Shown here: positions 48,015 through 60,822 of the stretch, in pieces
Layout: each line of letters begins with the position of its first letter
How positions within the stretch are numbered: the stretch's first letter is position 1
Source of the DNA: Azolla caroliniana
Taxonomy: Eukaryota > Plantae > Polypodiophyta
Direction of reading: 5' to 3'
Assembly: GCA_043228905.1 (NCBI GenBank)
Contig: JBHGNT010000004.1
Span: 25,172,001 to 25,236,000 of the forward strand
Length of the DNA: 64,000 nucleotides
Notes under the pieces: model-generated
What the model was told of the DNA's origin: nothing
What the model saw: the letters and a program-made list of their open reading frames with translations, nothing else
Database searches by the model: none
Program-made: the position numbers and the translations under genes

Positions 48015-50649
48015 TTAGGTTCGAGGATAGAAAATTGTTATTGGTATCCATGGTTTCTCGTCTTATGACAATTACTATCATTATCATGATCGTAGGTTAG
48101 GTAGGAGATCTCAAAACTCTGATTGAGAGGAGATTGTTGAAGACATTGACATTTTTAACAAGAGCAATTAGAAGACAAAATATATGCCAATACTTTTTTA
48201 TTCCGTTCAAAAATTGTGATCTTTAGGCCAACATTGTCAGCTTTGTCATTGTTCTCGTCTCCATTCTTACTCGAGTCCTAGGCTACTTTTTGGCTTTGTT
48301 GGGAGCATGCCAAACAAAACATGAAATGAATTAATTGATGGAAACTTTCTTTAAGAAAAAGATATGCACAAGATAATCTACACCTATATTTACACAACAT
48401 TGTAGGACTGACAACCCGTTGTCCATTTCATTGGTGGCATGCAATATATTATGATTCTTATAAGCAACGATGTAGCACTACACATCTGGTGTGAAACATC
48501 AAGCTTTATGGGGAGTGATGCTCTGTCTTTCTTTCTCTTGCTTACGAAAGACCATCATCCCCACATAAACATTTCCCAAGATAATATATGCTTTCCTTTT
48601 CTAGGTACCATTCCCACTAAATAGTCGTCTTAGAAAGAACATGTCTTTATAAAAATGTTCCTATCTAATTTTAACATGCACCAATAACAATTTCTTCATG
48701 TCTTACATCCATAGAGAATTCAATGTTTTACTTTGACCAATAAGCATTTTTTCATATCTTACTATCACGTCCACCAAGTATACCGTGCAATTGTATTATT
48801 GAATTTCTTTGGGAAAAAAAGGTATACTGTGTGATTGTATTGTTGAATTTCTTTTGGGAAAAAAAAGGTATACTCCTTGAGTTTATTTTTGAGGCTATGT
48901 ATTTTGATGTAGCATACTTCTCACATATGTAATGTATAAGAATGAATATCCTTCTTAATTTATCTCAAGTAAATCAACATTAAGCATGGGACGTTAATTA
49001 AATATCTGTTAATTATTGTTTTGCAATATGTCACATTACTCTATTTGGCTATCTTGTCTTCCTTGCACCATCGTCTCATATGATTCCCTGCACATCCTTT
49101 CATACTCTGACTCACATATCCAATCTTCCAACATTTGCCCATTCTCTCGTCTGAATGTTGGACATTTGGGCCACCTTTACAAACTTCTTAACTTGGTGTC
49201 CTAGTTCATTAATGCCAAAACTGAAGAGAGTTCATGAGTGTGGTATGCTTCCTTAACATCAATGGCGAGCAAGTGTAGATGTGTGCATGCTTGGAGACAT
49301 CCATTATCATAAGGTTGTGTGGTTGGCTACAAACTACTAATTTAAGAGAGTTCAGTTGTTATGTTGGAGATTTGGTAATATAATGTTCCTTGGATGAAGA
49401 GCTAGAAAGAGAGAGAAGAGAAGGAGAAAATAGAGACATAAACGATAATCCTTCTCAAAACATTAAGTTATCGACGATGAGCACCTCCTACGAGGTAAGA
49501 ATCAAAACTCATCGATTAGTGATGTGGGCCTTCGGGTATTGTATCGTTCACAAATAAATAAGACAATTTGCTTTACTCTATTGCATGTGGAGAGTGGAAT
49601 GTGTACAGAAAGCTCACTTAATGCCCTGAAACCATTGCCCGTACAATAGAACTACAATACTTGAAATCATTTACATTGATATTCAAACAATGATAAAAAC
49701 AAAACAAAATGTTGAGGGATTATGGGTTTTAGGCGTACAAGTAATTAAAGGACTTGAAAATGAATTGCAATGACACGAACGAGAGATGAAGATTTGGCAA
49801 TCATTACATGGATATCCAAGGAGGAAATTTTAGTTTCTCTATTTTCATTGAGAGAAATATTTGTGTCCCCTCATGGCATTGCCCTTTTGGCTGGGCCGAA
49901 CCAATCAAGTTACTAGAATTCATAACCCAAAGGAAGAAATACCATTTGACATTGTTGTTATTATGTAGATAGTATATTTTAGGAATGATCTTGACAAACT
50001 ATCCCTCTGAACTCGACCAACTTTTGCAACACGTACACAACAGTTTGTGGTATGTGTGTTTGTCAATTCATCATAGATACCAATTTACACAAAATCTTGT
50101 GTTATTGAAATTCAGCGAGAGTTTTTGCAAAAAGATATGCATGATTCTCAATTTCTACGACATTATCGTCTTGAATGGACTAGACCCTTCTAGAAATGTT
50201 TGCAATTCAATATAATGGCATGTTTGGATTTCAAAAACCGAGCAAAACACAAAAGTTGGCATTGATGATCAACAACACAAGTGAATAACGATGAAAGATT
50301 GGCTTTATTTTCCTCACTCTCAATCCAAATCCCCATTCCCCGATGCATGATCTCATTCTATGCTCATACGTTTCAAATCTCAATTGATTTAAACACCACG
50401 TTTTACAAACATTGTGTTTTGTAACACAAAGAGCTAATATTAAAATTCGCCATGATTTCCCAAAAAAAAAGAGACAACATTCTTGGAAGTTGTGATCATT
50501 GACAAGGACTAGCATGTACCAAAAAGTTCCGGCAAGAAAGTTTGAGATTTGTTTTGTCTAAAAGGAGTAAGAGAGGACTTCAAGGGCATAGAAGTGGAAA
50601 CTCCAAAACCTAAACTAAATTTGAGTGTGTGTTAAAACTATTCGATGCC

Positions 50650-50959
50650 TCATCGGGTAAGCGTAAGAAGAGTGATCCACGAGCATAGCAAAGGCGCCAC
50701 CGATGTATAGAGATGTTTCCTAAATGATAACTTAACTTCATTGCTCCCATTGGAGAGGGGCGAGCTTGTCACATTCGAAGTTGTGAGCACCCCACTACTG
50801 CGAAAGTTTAAAAGAAATGCAAACAATTTATTAAAAAGCTTGTTAAGTATGAAAAGGATTGTATGGATTTGGGTCATGAAAACCCTAGCATTACTCGATG
50901 GAGAGTGAGTTAGGAACTAAGAGTTATCATATCACATTAATGCGAGAAGGTAAAAAAAT

Positions 50960-51007
<48 letters not shown>

Positions 51008-52515
51008 CGAGGTTATTAGTATTATTACTCAATGGCCGTCGACGCGAACGTGCAACCTCCTGAACCTAAAGAGTTTGGGCAAAAAAACACCACAAACCAA
51101 AAACAAAACAAAATGGAATAAGGAGGGATGCCCTAGTTGATTATGAATGTTCCTAATTGAGAATTATAGACCTTAATGACATACATTATACATATACAAC
51201 ATATGCATATACATAGATGCCACTCTTCTGCAGCAAGGATGCACAAGCATTACATTACAATGTACTTACATTACATATATGTCGTACATACCATTCGTAC
51301 ATTGCATACATACATAGATTACATAACTTACAAGCATTACATACATACAGCTTACAAGCATCACATACATGGATTACATACATACAGTTTACAAGTTTTA
51401 CATACATAGATTACATACATACAGCTTACAAGCATTACATACATAGATTACATACATACAGCTTACAAGCATTACATACATAGATTACATACATACAACT
51501 GACAAGCATTACATACATAGATTACATACATACAGCTTACAAGCATTACATACATAGATTACATACATACAACTGACAAGCATTACATACATGGATGCAT
51601 TGCATACATACAACTTACAAGTATTACATACATTGCATGCATATATACATTACATACATACACACATTACATACATGATACATATACATACACACACATG
51701 CAGGCAGGTATACCATACAATACCATACCATAGATGCATGCATGCATGCCATTATTTTATGGATAAACACATACATACATACATACATACATACATACAT
51801 ACATGCATGCATGCATGCATGCATGCATTGTGATTGGAGAACAAAACACAGTATTGTGGCACAATAGGGAGAGATGGAGACATATATTTTGTGTTGGGTA
51901 ATTAATTACTTGGGTCAGTGGTGGTGATGGTGGCGCAGTTGCTGAAGTTACAGGAGGCAGGGGCATGGCTGAGGCTCTGGAAGTAGGCATTGAAGGCATA
52001 GGAGGCGCGGGCCTGAAGAAGAAGGTCAGCTTCAGGAGGGTTAGAGGAGGCGGTGGCGATGGCGGGTGAGTTGCAGGGCCCACCAGGAAGTATGGGGCTA
52101 CAGTCCACTGCCCCTTGCCCCGCCTCCTGCCCGCACGCCCAATCCAGCGCCGCCTGCACTTCCGCCGCCGCCGCATCCGCCCGAGCCACGCACCATGTCC
52201 CCGTCGCCCCCACCTCTTGCTTCTCCACCGCTCCTCCTCCTCCTCCGATTCCTATACCCATCACCACCAATTTAACCCTTCAATCGCTCATTCAATCATT
52301 CAATCCTTCAATCGCTCATTCAATCTTTCAATCATTCAATCATTTTCAATCATTCAATCATTCAATCATTCAATCATTCAATCATTTTCAATCATTCAAT
52401 CTTTCAATCATTCAATCGTTCATCGCCATTGCTCCATACCTTGGACACCAACACCACCAAAGAAGAAGATGCAAGCCAAAGACAGCAGTGGCATTACCAC
52501 CACCGAATGGCTCAT
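50650..52515 (-). CDS. Secreted X8 (CBM43) domain protein with GPI signal, PDCB-like; exons 52515-52440, 52251-51910, 51065-51029, 50797-50650
   Basis: Signal peptide MSHSVVVMPLLSLACIFFFGGVGVQG. X8 domain TWCVARAD...QAALDWACG...DCSPILPGGPC...ASYAFNAYFQ...SCNFSNCATITTTDPS|SGGCTF. Then an S/T-rich linker and hydrophobic C-terminus (VAPLLCSWITLLTLTR*). All junctions are GT-AG and in phase. Confidence 0.9.
51175..51830. repeat. (ATAC)-based compound minisatellite (~38-bp unit) in X8 intron 2
   Basis: Repeated TTACATACATACAGCTTACAAGCATTACATACATAGA, ending in (ATAC)n and (ATGC)n. Confidence 0.9.
52280..52422. repeat. (TCAATCAT)n octamer array filling X8 intron 1
   Basis: Directly visible degenerate TTCAATCA units. 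Confidence 0.9.
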
Positions 52516-52997
52516 GGAGGAAGCTGCAATGGAGGAAGAAAAGAGACAGAGAGACAGAGAGACAGAGAGAGGCTAACAACAAACGGTATGTGAAATCCAG
52601 TAGTGCTACAAGTACACACAAAGAAGGAGAGAGAAATTGGTGAAGAAAAAAAGGAAGAAGGAGAAAGACTTGGTGGGAACAGAGTAAGTAAGTAAGCAAA
52701 AGGTAAGGTGTTTGGGGAGAACAGAGAGAGAGCATTTGATTAAATCAGTCAGTCAAGTCTGTGAGTGTGTGATTGATTAAATGAGATGGGCCAGGCAAGC
52801 CAAATGAGGTGTGAAACCAAATGGGGGTTTATGGGTGTGTGTGTGTGTGTGTGTCCTCTTAGTTTGTCCACCCAAAAAAAGTCTTCCAAGGGCCCATCCT
52901 CCAAAGCTCACTGGACAACTCTATTTCATACATACTCTCATAACAAGGTAATGTCAGCTACCTCAGTCCTTACCTGTCTTTTATATATTTTTTATTA

Positions 52998-53179
52998 TAT
53001 GTATGTATGTATGTACAGTATGGTATGGTATGTACATATGTACCGTATGTATTTGTAATGTATGTAACCCATTGTTCACATGGGGGTATGTTTGTCCACA
53101 CGAGTCTCTTTTCAATCCGAACACCTATGTATGTATGTATGTAATGTATGTATGTATGTATGTAATGTATGTATGTATG

Positions 53180-53210
<31 letters not shown>

Positions 53211-53305
53211 TGTAATGTAATGTATGTATGTATTTATGTGTGTGTGTAACCCATTGTTCACATGTGCTTATGTTTGTGCACGTGAGTCGCTCCTTTCAAT
53301 CCGGA
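52998..53305. repeat. (GTAT)n microsatellite flanked by a ~60-bp direct repeat
   Basis: GTAACCCATTGTTCACATG....TATGTTTGT.CAC..GAGTC.CT..TTTCAATCCG at ~53064 and ~53246, separated by (GTAT/GTAAT)n. Confidence 0.85.
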
Positions 53306-53699
53306 CGTCTCCGTTGTCTTGGTTGTGTCGGTCTTTTCAACCAGATTATACCATTGTACTTTCAACAATCCACAATAGCATGCTTGATGGAAAACCTCAC
53401 ATCTCAAAATGACCTAATCCACGCTCATTGTCACTCTTTTAAAGACCACGGCACGTGTGTTGGCCCAATCTAAAGCCTTTGTTTGCACTTCATGCATTAT
53501 GACAAAATAATGTTTGGTGGCTTTGATAGGAAACCTTGCACTTCAAAATCTCCGCCTCCCCACCCCCTTCTCCGAAACTTACGGTACAATAGGCAAAAGA
53601 GAGGAGAGGGATCCATTGATCCAAACAATTGTCTCACAATTTTAAAATCCCCATTTATACTATAGAGTCATGCATAATGATGTCCCACTAGAGATGAGA

Positions 53700-54097
53700 C
53701 GATAATGTAAATTCCAATCACGAATTCTATATGACAAGGTTGAAGAACCATCATTGTTTCTATTTTCTAACTCCATTGCCTGCCATTTTGTGCCTATTGG
53801 ATACAATTGACATGACGATATTCATGGTGGAGGTATAACTATTGGAAGAAGGCCCCGTTTCTCACATTACAAAATTCAAGACCCAAATGGTGCTTAGCAC
53901 CACCAATATGGTTGTTCCCACCATCAATCACGTAACTTGGTTAAGGAGTGGTGGAGTGTTCATACTATTTATCCTTGAGGGATGGGACCTAAGGAAGAAT
54001 GCAACATATCAATGGTAGCTTGATGGTAGGTCAGCTTTATTGTAATAATTGGTCATAACTAATGGAAGGATATTTTCTAGGAAAAATAAAATAAAAT
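53700..54097 (+). mobile_element. L1-like LINE 3' fragment
   Basis: YWKKAPFLTLQNSRPKWCLAPPIWLFPPSIT* (~53840-53935) aligns by eye with the ORF2 ends of the 20.2-kb and 47.1-kb LINEs. Ends ACTAATGGAAGGATATTTTCTAGG followed by AAAAATAAAATAAAA. The 5' boundary is uncertain and no TSD was found. Confidence 0.65.
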
Positions 54098-57000
54098 ATT
54101 TTGCTGATTGGATGCTTCTAGAGAGAGTGCAAGGAGAAAGAATGCAAGAACAGTGAATGTGACACAAAGAGGGTCATACATAACATAAAGGATGGTTGTG
54201 CTTTACTTACTCCAATTCAAACTACATTTGAGAAATAAAGAATGACATATTTGAAAAAACCATTCCTTGTTGAATTAGCTTACTCGCCACTCATGAAGTG
54301 TGCGTGATTATTTTCAATTCCCATTTCGAAGGGAAATCCTAATCCTCACTCCCATGTTAGTCACCTCATTTATAAGTACCACCTTTAGCTAATGTACTTC
54401 CAGATCAATTATTCTTGGATTAATTCTAAGTTGCTTACATGTGAATAACTTATCCAATCGTACTTTTAAATAGTCACATGTTCCAACTCTTGTGACAAAC
54501 GTCCATGTTGAAGCAGAAAGGACTTACCTCTATTGGAGGCTAAGTCATTGTCTCGGAGGCAACAATTGTATTATCACTGAGTGTGAGGATGACTGCCAAT
54601 TATCGCTATCAATTCAAATTACTACCAACTTCCAATCCAACCTTTGAAATCAAGAAACATTATAATGGTTTCCAAATCAACATATCATGAGATGGCATCT
54701 ACATAATATGTTGTTGCGCAAATGTCTCGAATTAGAGACATGTTTTCTGACTATGACAATTGAGACAATATCTAGAATTGTCAAACGGGGGCCACTCTAA
54801 TCAATTAAGAATAAACCAAAGTTAATTAGAAAATATGTGAATGCCCTAGCTCAATGACATCATATCTTAAGAACCCTAGATTGAGTTACAATGACATGAA
54901 ATAGTACATTAGCTTACATTGTCAATTGTACAATTTCTAATTGTTTGGAGGTCTAAGGGACAAGTGAAGAAACATGCCCATTGTGCATATTTTGTCTAGA
55001 GCAAATTTGTGAGACTTGAGTAAATCTCTCCCCCCCCCCCCCCCCTCCCTTCCCTCTCCCCATCAAAATGCATATAAATATTAGCAATACGTATAATGGG
55101 ATGAATAATTTAGCATAAAAAGGTGACAACTCAAGAAGATGCCTTGTCTCACATTGAAGATATTGTGAGCTATATTTCAAGTATCTTGTGGATATGTTCA
55201 TATTTGGCGGTCATTATGTGCTTTGCTTATTCTTGTGGCCCATTTTTTGGAATCAATGGTAGAGGAACCATGGAAAGGTTAGTTACTCATTACCAAATTT
55301 TGATATTGTAGTATGCGTCAATGAAATTTATATGATTTGATTAAACATAGTGCTCAATTTCTAGTGATATCACTTACATGGCACATTACCTTATGTATAT
55401 GATTAGAATTATGAGTATTAAGTGCATGACGATAATCTCATATTTTATCCCATGTGAAAGTGATTCTTTGGGAGGAATTTTGAAAACGCCCAATACATTT
55501 TTATGGGACATAAAGTATATGCATATTACTTGTCTAGTTGCTAAATACATTTCGGCATCATGATTTGAGAGATCTATTGTCACTCATTCAATGGGTTTAA
55601 TCCAATGAGCCCCAACTATTGATTGGGTTATGTTATCTTCCATTCTCCTAGTTAGACACACGTTCCCTATTTGTTGACTATGTATGTGAACTTCAAGGTA
55701 TTTAAAATTGTGAACCACTTTAATTGTGTCCTCTTCGTAGTTATTTCTTACGAAATTTAAGATTTTACAATGTTTAAGATCATGATTGTTAGAGCACCAT
55801 GCTCATAGAAAGCATGTACCACGGTCCACACCTAAAAGGTTTTGCAATCTTGTTTGGGATATGCCACAAGTACATCATTTGTGTGAACAAGAAGCAATAT
55901 TGTGAAATTCATAATGCTTTAGTTTTTCCGCATGTTCTCATAAGACTTCTTGGATGGCCTATTGAGTGCACGCAACTTGCAAGTATGTGTTACCTCTAGT
56001 ATCAATTAATTACATGTCAATCAACCTTTGCAAAACATTGAAGTTTTGAACTATTTTTTTGAAATGAACGTGGATTTTGAAATATGTTTTGGGGAATGGT
56101 AAGTTTGGTTTAATTAAACAATTATTTCAGGAAGTTTTGAGTTCATAAACCTACACTTCCCTTGAAAGCGATGACAAACAATAAATATATAGGTTTTTGG
56201 ATAGTGTATACGTTTGCTTTTATTTTGAATGTAATTGTTAGGTGGACAAAAATATGTGGCAAAAGTAGGCACAAACAATGGACAATGGCCATATTTCCTT
56301 TGAAGAATCATTTTCACTTTTAAGTACATATGTAAGTGCACATGTTGATGTTATGGAAAAACTAAAGATCTTCTCATTGTAGTTTGGAAAACTATTTGAG
56401 AGTAAATGGATCACTCTTCTAGGATTCCTTGAGGTTAATGGACTCTTCTACCTTAAATTGAGTTCACCATTGAAAGCAGATTTTCAAAATTTGCAAGCTA
56501 CTCTAAACTTGATTTATTTTCTAGCATGACCATTGGATTCGACACGATGACAATCAATGCAATGACCTCATTAATATGTCATCATGCATCTTATTGTGAA
56601 TGTAATGTTTCTTGTTTGACCGGAAATACTTCATAGTTAACTTATTGTCAGAATGAACAACTTAAAAGTTCTTAATGTGACAAGTAGTGGTAGAGCCTAA
56701 ATAGACCATCCTAGTTAAATGATTTCTTCTGTGCTTCACCTTCAACTACCAATCCCCCCTTCGCTCAAATCTCCACACACTTTTTTGTGACTACAAGGGA
56801 TTAGTTCACCCATGAGGTTGGAACAACTTTAAGAGTAGAAAGCAAGTTACATAGAAATATATTTGAATGTCTTCACATACAACACTATGTTTATGAACAT
56901 GAAGACATTGTTCGTGAGTGGTGAGCAAGTTAATAGTTATGGTGATAACTAAGCCACTAATGATATGTGCCTAGCAGATTGAGAGTAGAATCGAGATAAG

Positions 57001-59264
57001 ATAACCACATGGCATTTTGTTGGTTGTCAGTCGTCAATTTAAAATGACATTCGTTATTGTAACACACCATGTGTATATTTTTGTCATTCTAATAATGTGC
57101 ACACCGCACACATGTATCCACACATGGTGTTTTTAATGGAACCTAGCAAACAATGTCTTGACATCACATATGTATTAGTATGTACATGCATAGCTTGGAT
57201 ATGTAAACATGCCCATTATAAGTACATAAGAGCCATCCTTATGTGCCTTTGAAAAAATGGCTAATGCTAGTTGATACAACGTTAGAAGTTGGGGAACATT
57301 TTTTTGTAAATAGAATCGTAATGATTATGAAACGAAAAAACAACTCCATAGATAACTCTAAGATAGACGACCTTGGAATCTCAATCAAGATTCTATAAAA
57401 CTTTGAGAAGCCATATAACGAAAAGGCCAACAAAGGCGAATATGATGCCTTGCCAACTCACGTATTTGGAATTCCTCAAGCAATAACCCTAAGGTTTCCA
57501 ATTATGAGATTAGGCAATGTAACCTAGTTTTGAATTTCCTAATATGTCATTGCAACGCAAATATAAAGGCATATTAAATACACCTAGCATCCATAGCTAT
57601 CAATACATCGAAAACTCAAAAACTATTTGAAAGTGCAATGAAGGAAAGCCTTATTTGGACTATGAGAAGACCCATTAGAAATGATATTTTTAAACCCAAA
57701 CATACAACTCCACGTTGCAGAAATATATGTCAAAATCTATCTTGACAATAGGCAAGTAACAAAGTGATGCTCATTGCTAACTATGCTCTAGTGACATTGT
57801 AAGAAACACATTCCAACAAGAAGCAACTCGACACTATGAACCATAGGAATATCTTCTCCACTCTTTATCGTCATTGATCAATTGAGATGTTTTGGAGATA
57901 GAGTGCAAGCAATGTTCATGATTCTCAAAGAAAAAGTTGTTACTACACAAATCTTGATGAACAATAATGTCGCAAGTTGTTTCAAGAAATCTTATGATTA
58001 GCACACAATATGCACAATCTTTAATTCTTGGTATGACACTACAAAGAGAAACAACGAACAAAACTTTGTGGGGACAACCAATAGAAAGATATGCAAATCA
58101 AAATTTCACCAAGAGACAACATTTTGAACAAACTCTAAAAGGAAAAGGATATATGAATGTTCTCCTTCCAATGTATAGGATTGAAAGGTGTGAAATATTG
58201 GATGCAGAAGGAGTCATGTCACATGTGACAACAAACACCTGAATCACAAAATTTGTACAACACAAACCTAAGATGTTCGAGAATGAAAGTTTATCTATAC
58301 ATCACAATAGTAGGAAATTGCTCAACAAAATGAATTGATTATCTTTTGGTTTTCTTTCTCCTTTGGGCGGGGCACTAAAGGATTGGACATATACAAAAAC
58401 ATTATGTACACCTATATATAAGTTAAGTTTAAAGTTAAAGAAACAAACAAATAAATAAAGCAAAATTTCACAATTTATTCAATCTCTTTCCCAAATATCT
58501 TTACTATTTCAATTTGCTTTTTTTACCATCACATAAAACGTGGTTTTACTTTAGTTTTTAAGTACCAATTATGATAAAGGGATGATGACATGTTGCCAAA
58601 ACCAATGTTTAAGGGTTTAGCAATATGTGTGTCCATGATGCCTTGTTTAGAAATAACTCATTAACAAATGTCATTATCATCAACTAATTGCTTGTGCATT
58701 TACTGCGAGCCTATACAATATTTAGTGTGTATCATATAGATTAAGGACTTTGACTATATTGTAGAATGTATCATATATAATTATTGATTCATTGATTACT
58801 TTCACCTTAGTTTCCATTTGACTCTAATAAGGAAAGGGGCTATGACATGTGATCGATGAATTCAAGTTTTATTTTTTCACTTTTCCTACCTCTTAAAAAA
58901 AACATTTTGAGTACTATTAATATGTTGGGCGTTTGGTGGAGCATGGTTGAGTCGCTTAGGATTGACCATGTGTGTAGAAGGTGCAAAAAACGCATTACAA
59001 AACAATGTGGTCTCCAAAAGTGAAGTAAAAACCTTGCAAGGCAAAGCAATGTTGGCACATCAAGCAATGCAAAATGTGTGGTCGAACGGTGCTATTTCAC
59101 TACCATGCCATGTTGGCTCATCATTCACCTACATATGGAATTTAGGCAAACATAGATTCTTGGGAAAAAGAGAGTAAAAAGAAAAACGAAATAAAAAACA
59201 CTAAAAGAAGAGGTTCCAATTTCGGTGATTAAAAAGGAGATTTGGGTGAAAAAAGAGAGACATG

Positions 59265-60512
59265 AAGTTAGTAAGGTTTTGGCTTCTGATTTTGGATAAG
59301 GATGAGTGATGATGGTGTTGAGGGTTGTTGCTTGTAACATAATTTAATGAGGAGAAGAGGATAGTAGTGTCATTTTATTTTTGTAGGTACATGATTTTGG
59401 TGGTAAATCAATGAGAGTGAGATGGTTGATGTTGATTAATGAAACACAATTCATGTTTTTGATAAGGATGAGTGATGGTGGTGTGGGAGCTTAAGCATAG
59501 TCTCTTCAGAAGACGAGACTCATTTAGTTGTTTGTATGTACAAGATTTTGGCGGTAATTGGCGAGATGTTTGATGTGGACTTGATGAAGCAAAATGTATG
59601 TTTTTGGGTAAGGACGAGTGATGAGTGGGGGACAAAGCATATTTGCATGATGAGATGAGGGAACAAGACTCATTGTATTGTTGTATGTGCAAGATTTTGG
59701 TCGTATTCAGCGAGATGGTTGATGTGGACTTAATGAAGTAGAATTTATGTTTTGGATAAGGATGAGTGATGATGGTGTGGAAGCCGAAGCATATTCTCAT
59801 GAGGAGATGAGGAATCTAGGCTCAATTTATTTTTTATGTGCAGGAATTTGGTGGTAATCGGCGAGATGGTTGATGAGGACTTAACGAAGCAGTTTATATG
59901 TTTTTGATAAGGATGAGTGATGGTGGTGTGGAGGCCAAAGCATAAGCTCATGAGGAGAGGATGAAACTTCACTTGATTTGTTGTTGTATGTACAGGAATT
60001 TGGTGGTAATTTGGCGAGATCGTCGATGTGGAAAGAGGAAGCATACTTGTTGAGTTTACAGTCACGAATGTGAAATGTGGTTCTCTTGAAAAAGCACATA
60101 ACGTATTTGATCGCCTTCAAATATGAGATATACAGGCATGGAATACACTGTTATCTACCTTGGAAGCTTGTGGTAGCATTCGATTTTTTGGATAAAGATT
60201 ATATTGAACAGGAGCAGATTGAAGAAGTATTGAAATGGTTTATAACTATGACCTGTGAGGGCTAGTTTCCGAATATAGCTACTTTTGTTGTTGTCTATAG
60301 ATAAGGATACATTGCAATGTGTCTATGGAATAGCTTGTAATTAGTGGATTGTTTTCTCTACTTTGGATTACATAGATTTGTTTCCTCAGCCATTGTCTTA
60401 TACAAAACAGGCTTGGGGAAAATATACTTTGTATGTTGTAGCCGTTATGACCTTTTTATATAACTAATGGAGGGATATTTTGCTTTGAAAAAAAAAGTTA
60501 GTAAGGTTTTGG
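59265..60512 (+). mobile_element. Composite retroposed element: ~5 x ~150-bp tandem array + unique 3' region + poly(A), with perfect 18-bp TSD
   Basis: TSD AAGTTAGTAAGGTTTTGG at 59265-59282 and 60495-60512. Units starting TTTT(G)GATAAGGATGAGTGAT at ~59290, 59456, 59601, 59750 and 59901. 3' end ACTAATGGAGGGATATTTTGCTTTG-A9. Confidence 0.85.
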
Positions 60513-60822
60513 GTAAGAACATAGGAGATAAAGGGATCTTTTTTTCCCCCAAAAAATGCGCTACTTTCCTATCCTTCTCTTTCATTCTCTTCTCTGTAAC
60601 TCTTTTCTCTCCAAGACTCTCTTTACAACGTTAGGTTTGAGCTTATATACTCAAGCCCTAGTTAGAGAATGTGTTCACACTAAGGATACAAAGTAGAAGG
60701 AGTCGGCCTTTTATGCCAACATGTGGTAGAATTCGTTAACATGGTTCTACGAGACGAGTGATCAGTAGACACGGCCGATGGCAAATAAGAGATCGGATCT
60801 AATCATATAAATCTTTAATCTA

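Noticed and set aside
51176-53412. Multiple His/Tyr/Ile-, MYVC- and QSFNH-repeat ORFs
   Set aside because: Translations of microsatellites or the antisense of the GC-rich X8 exon.
57600-58320. Stretch that may be decayed TE coding sequence (also 11300-11800 and 41460-42260)
   Set aside because: No motif that I could assign with confidence; needs a translated repeat search.
59408-60120. Minus-strand ORFs with repeated TIITHPY motifs
   Set aside because: Frameshifted translations of the 150-bp tandem array.
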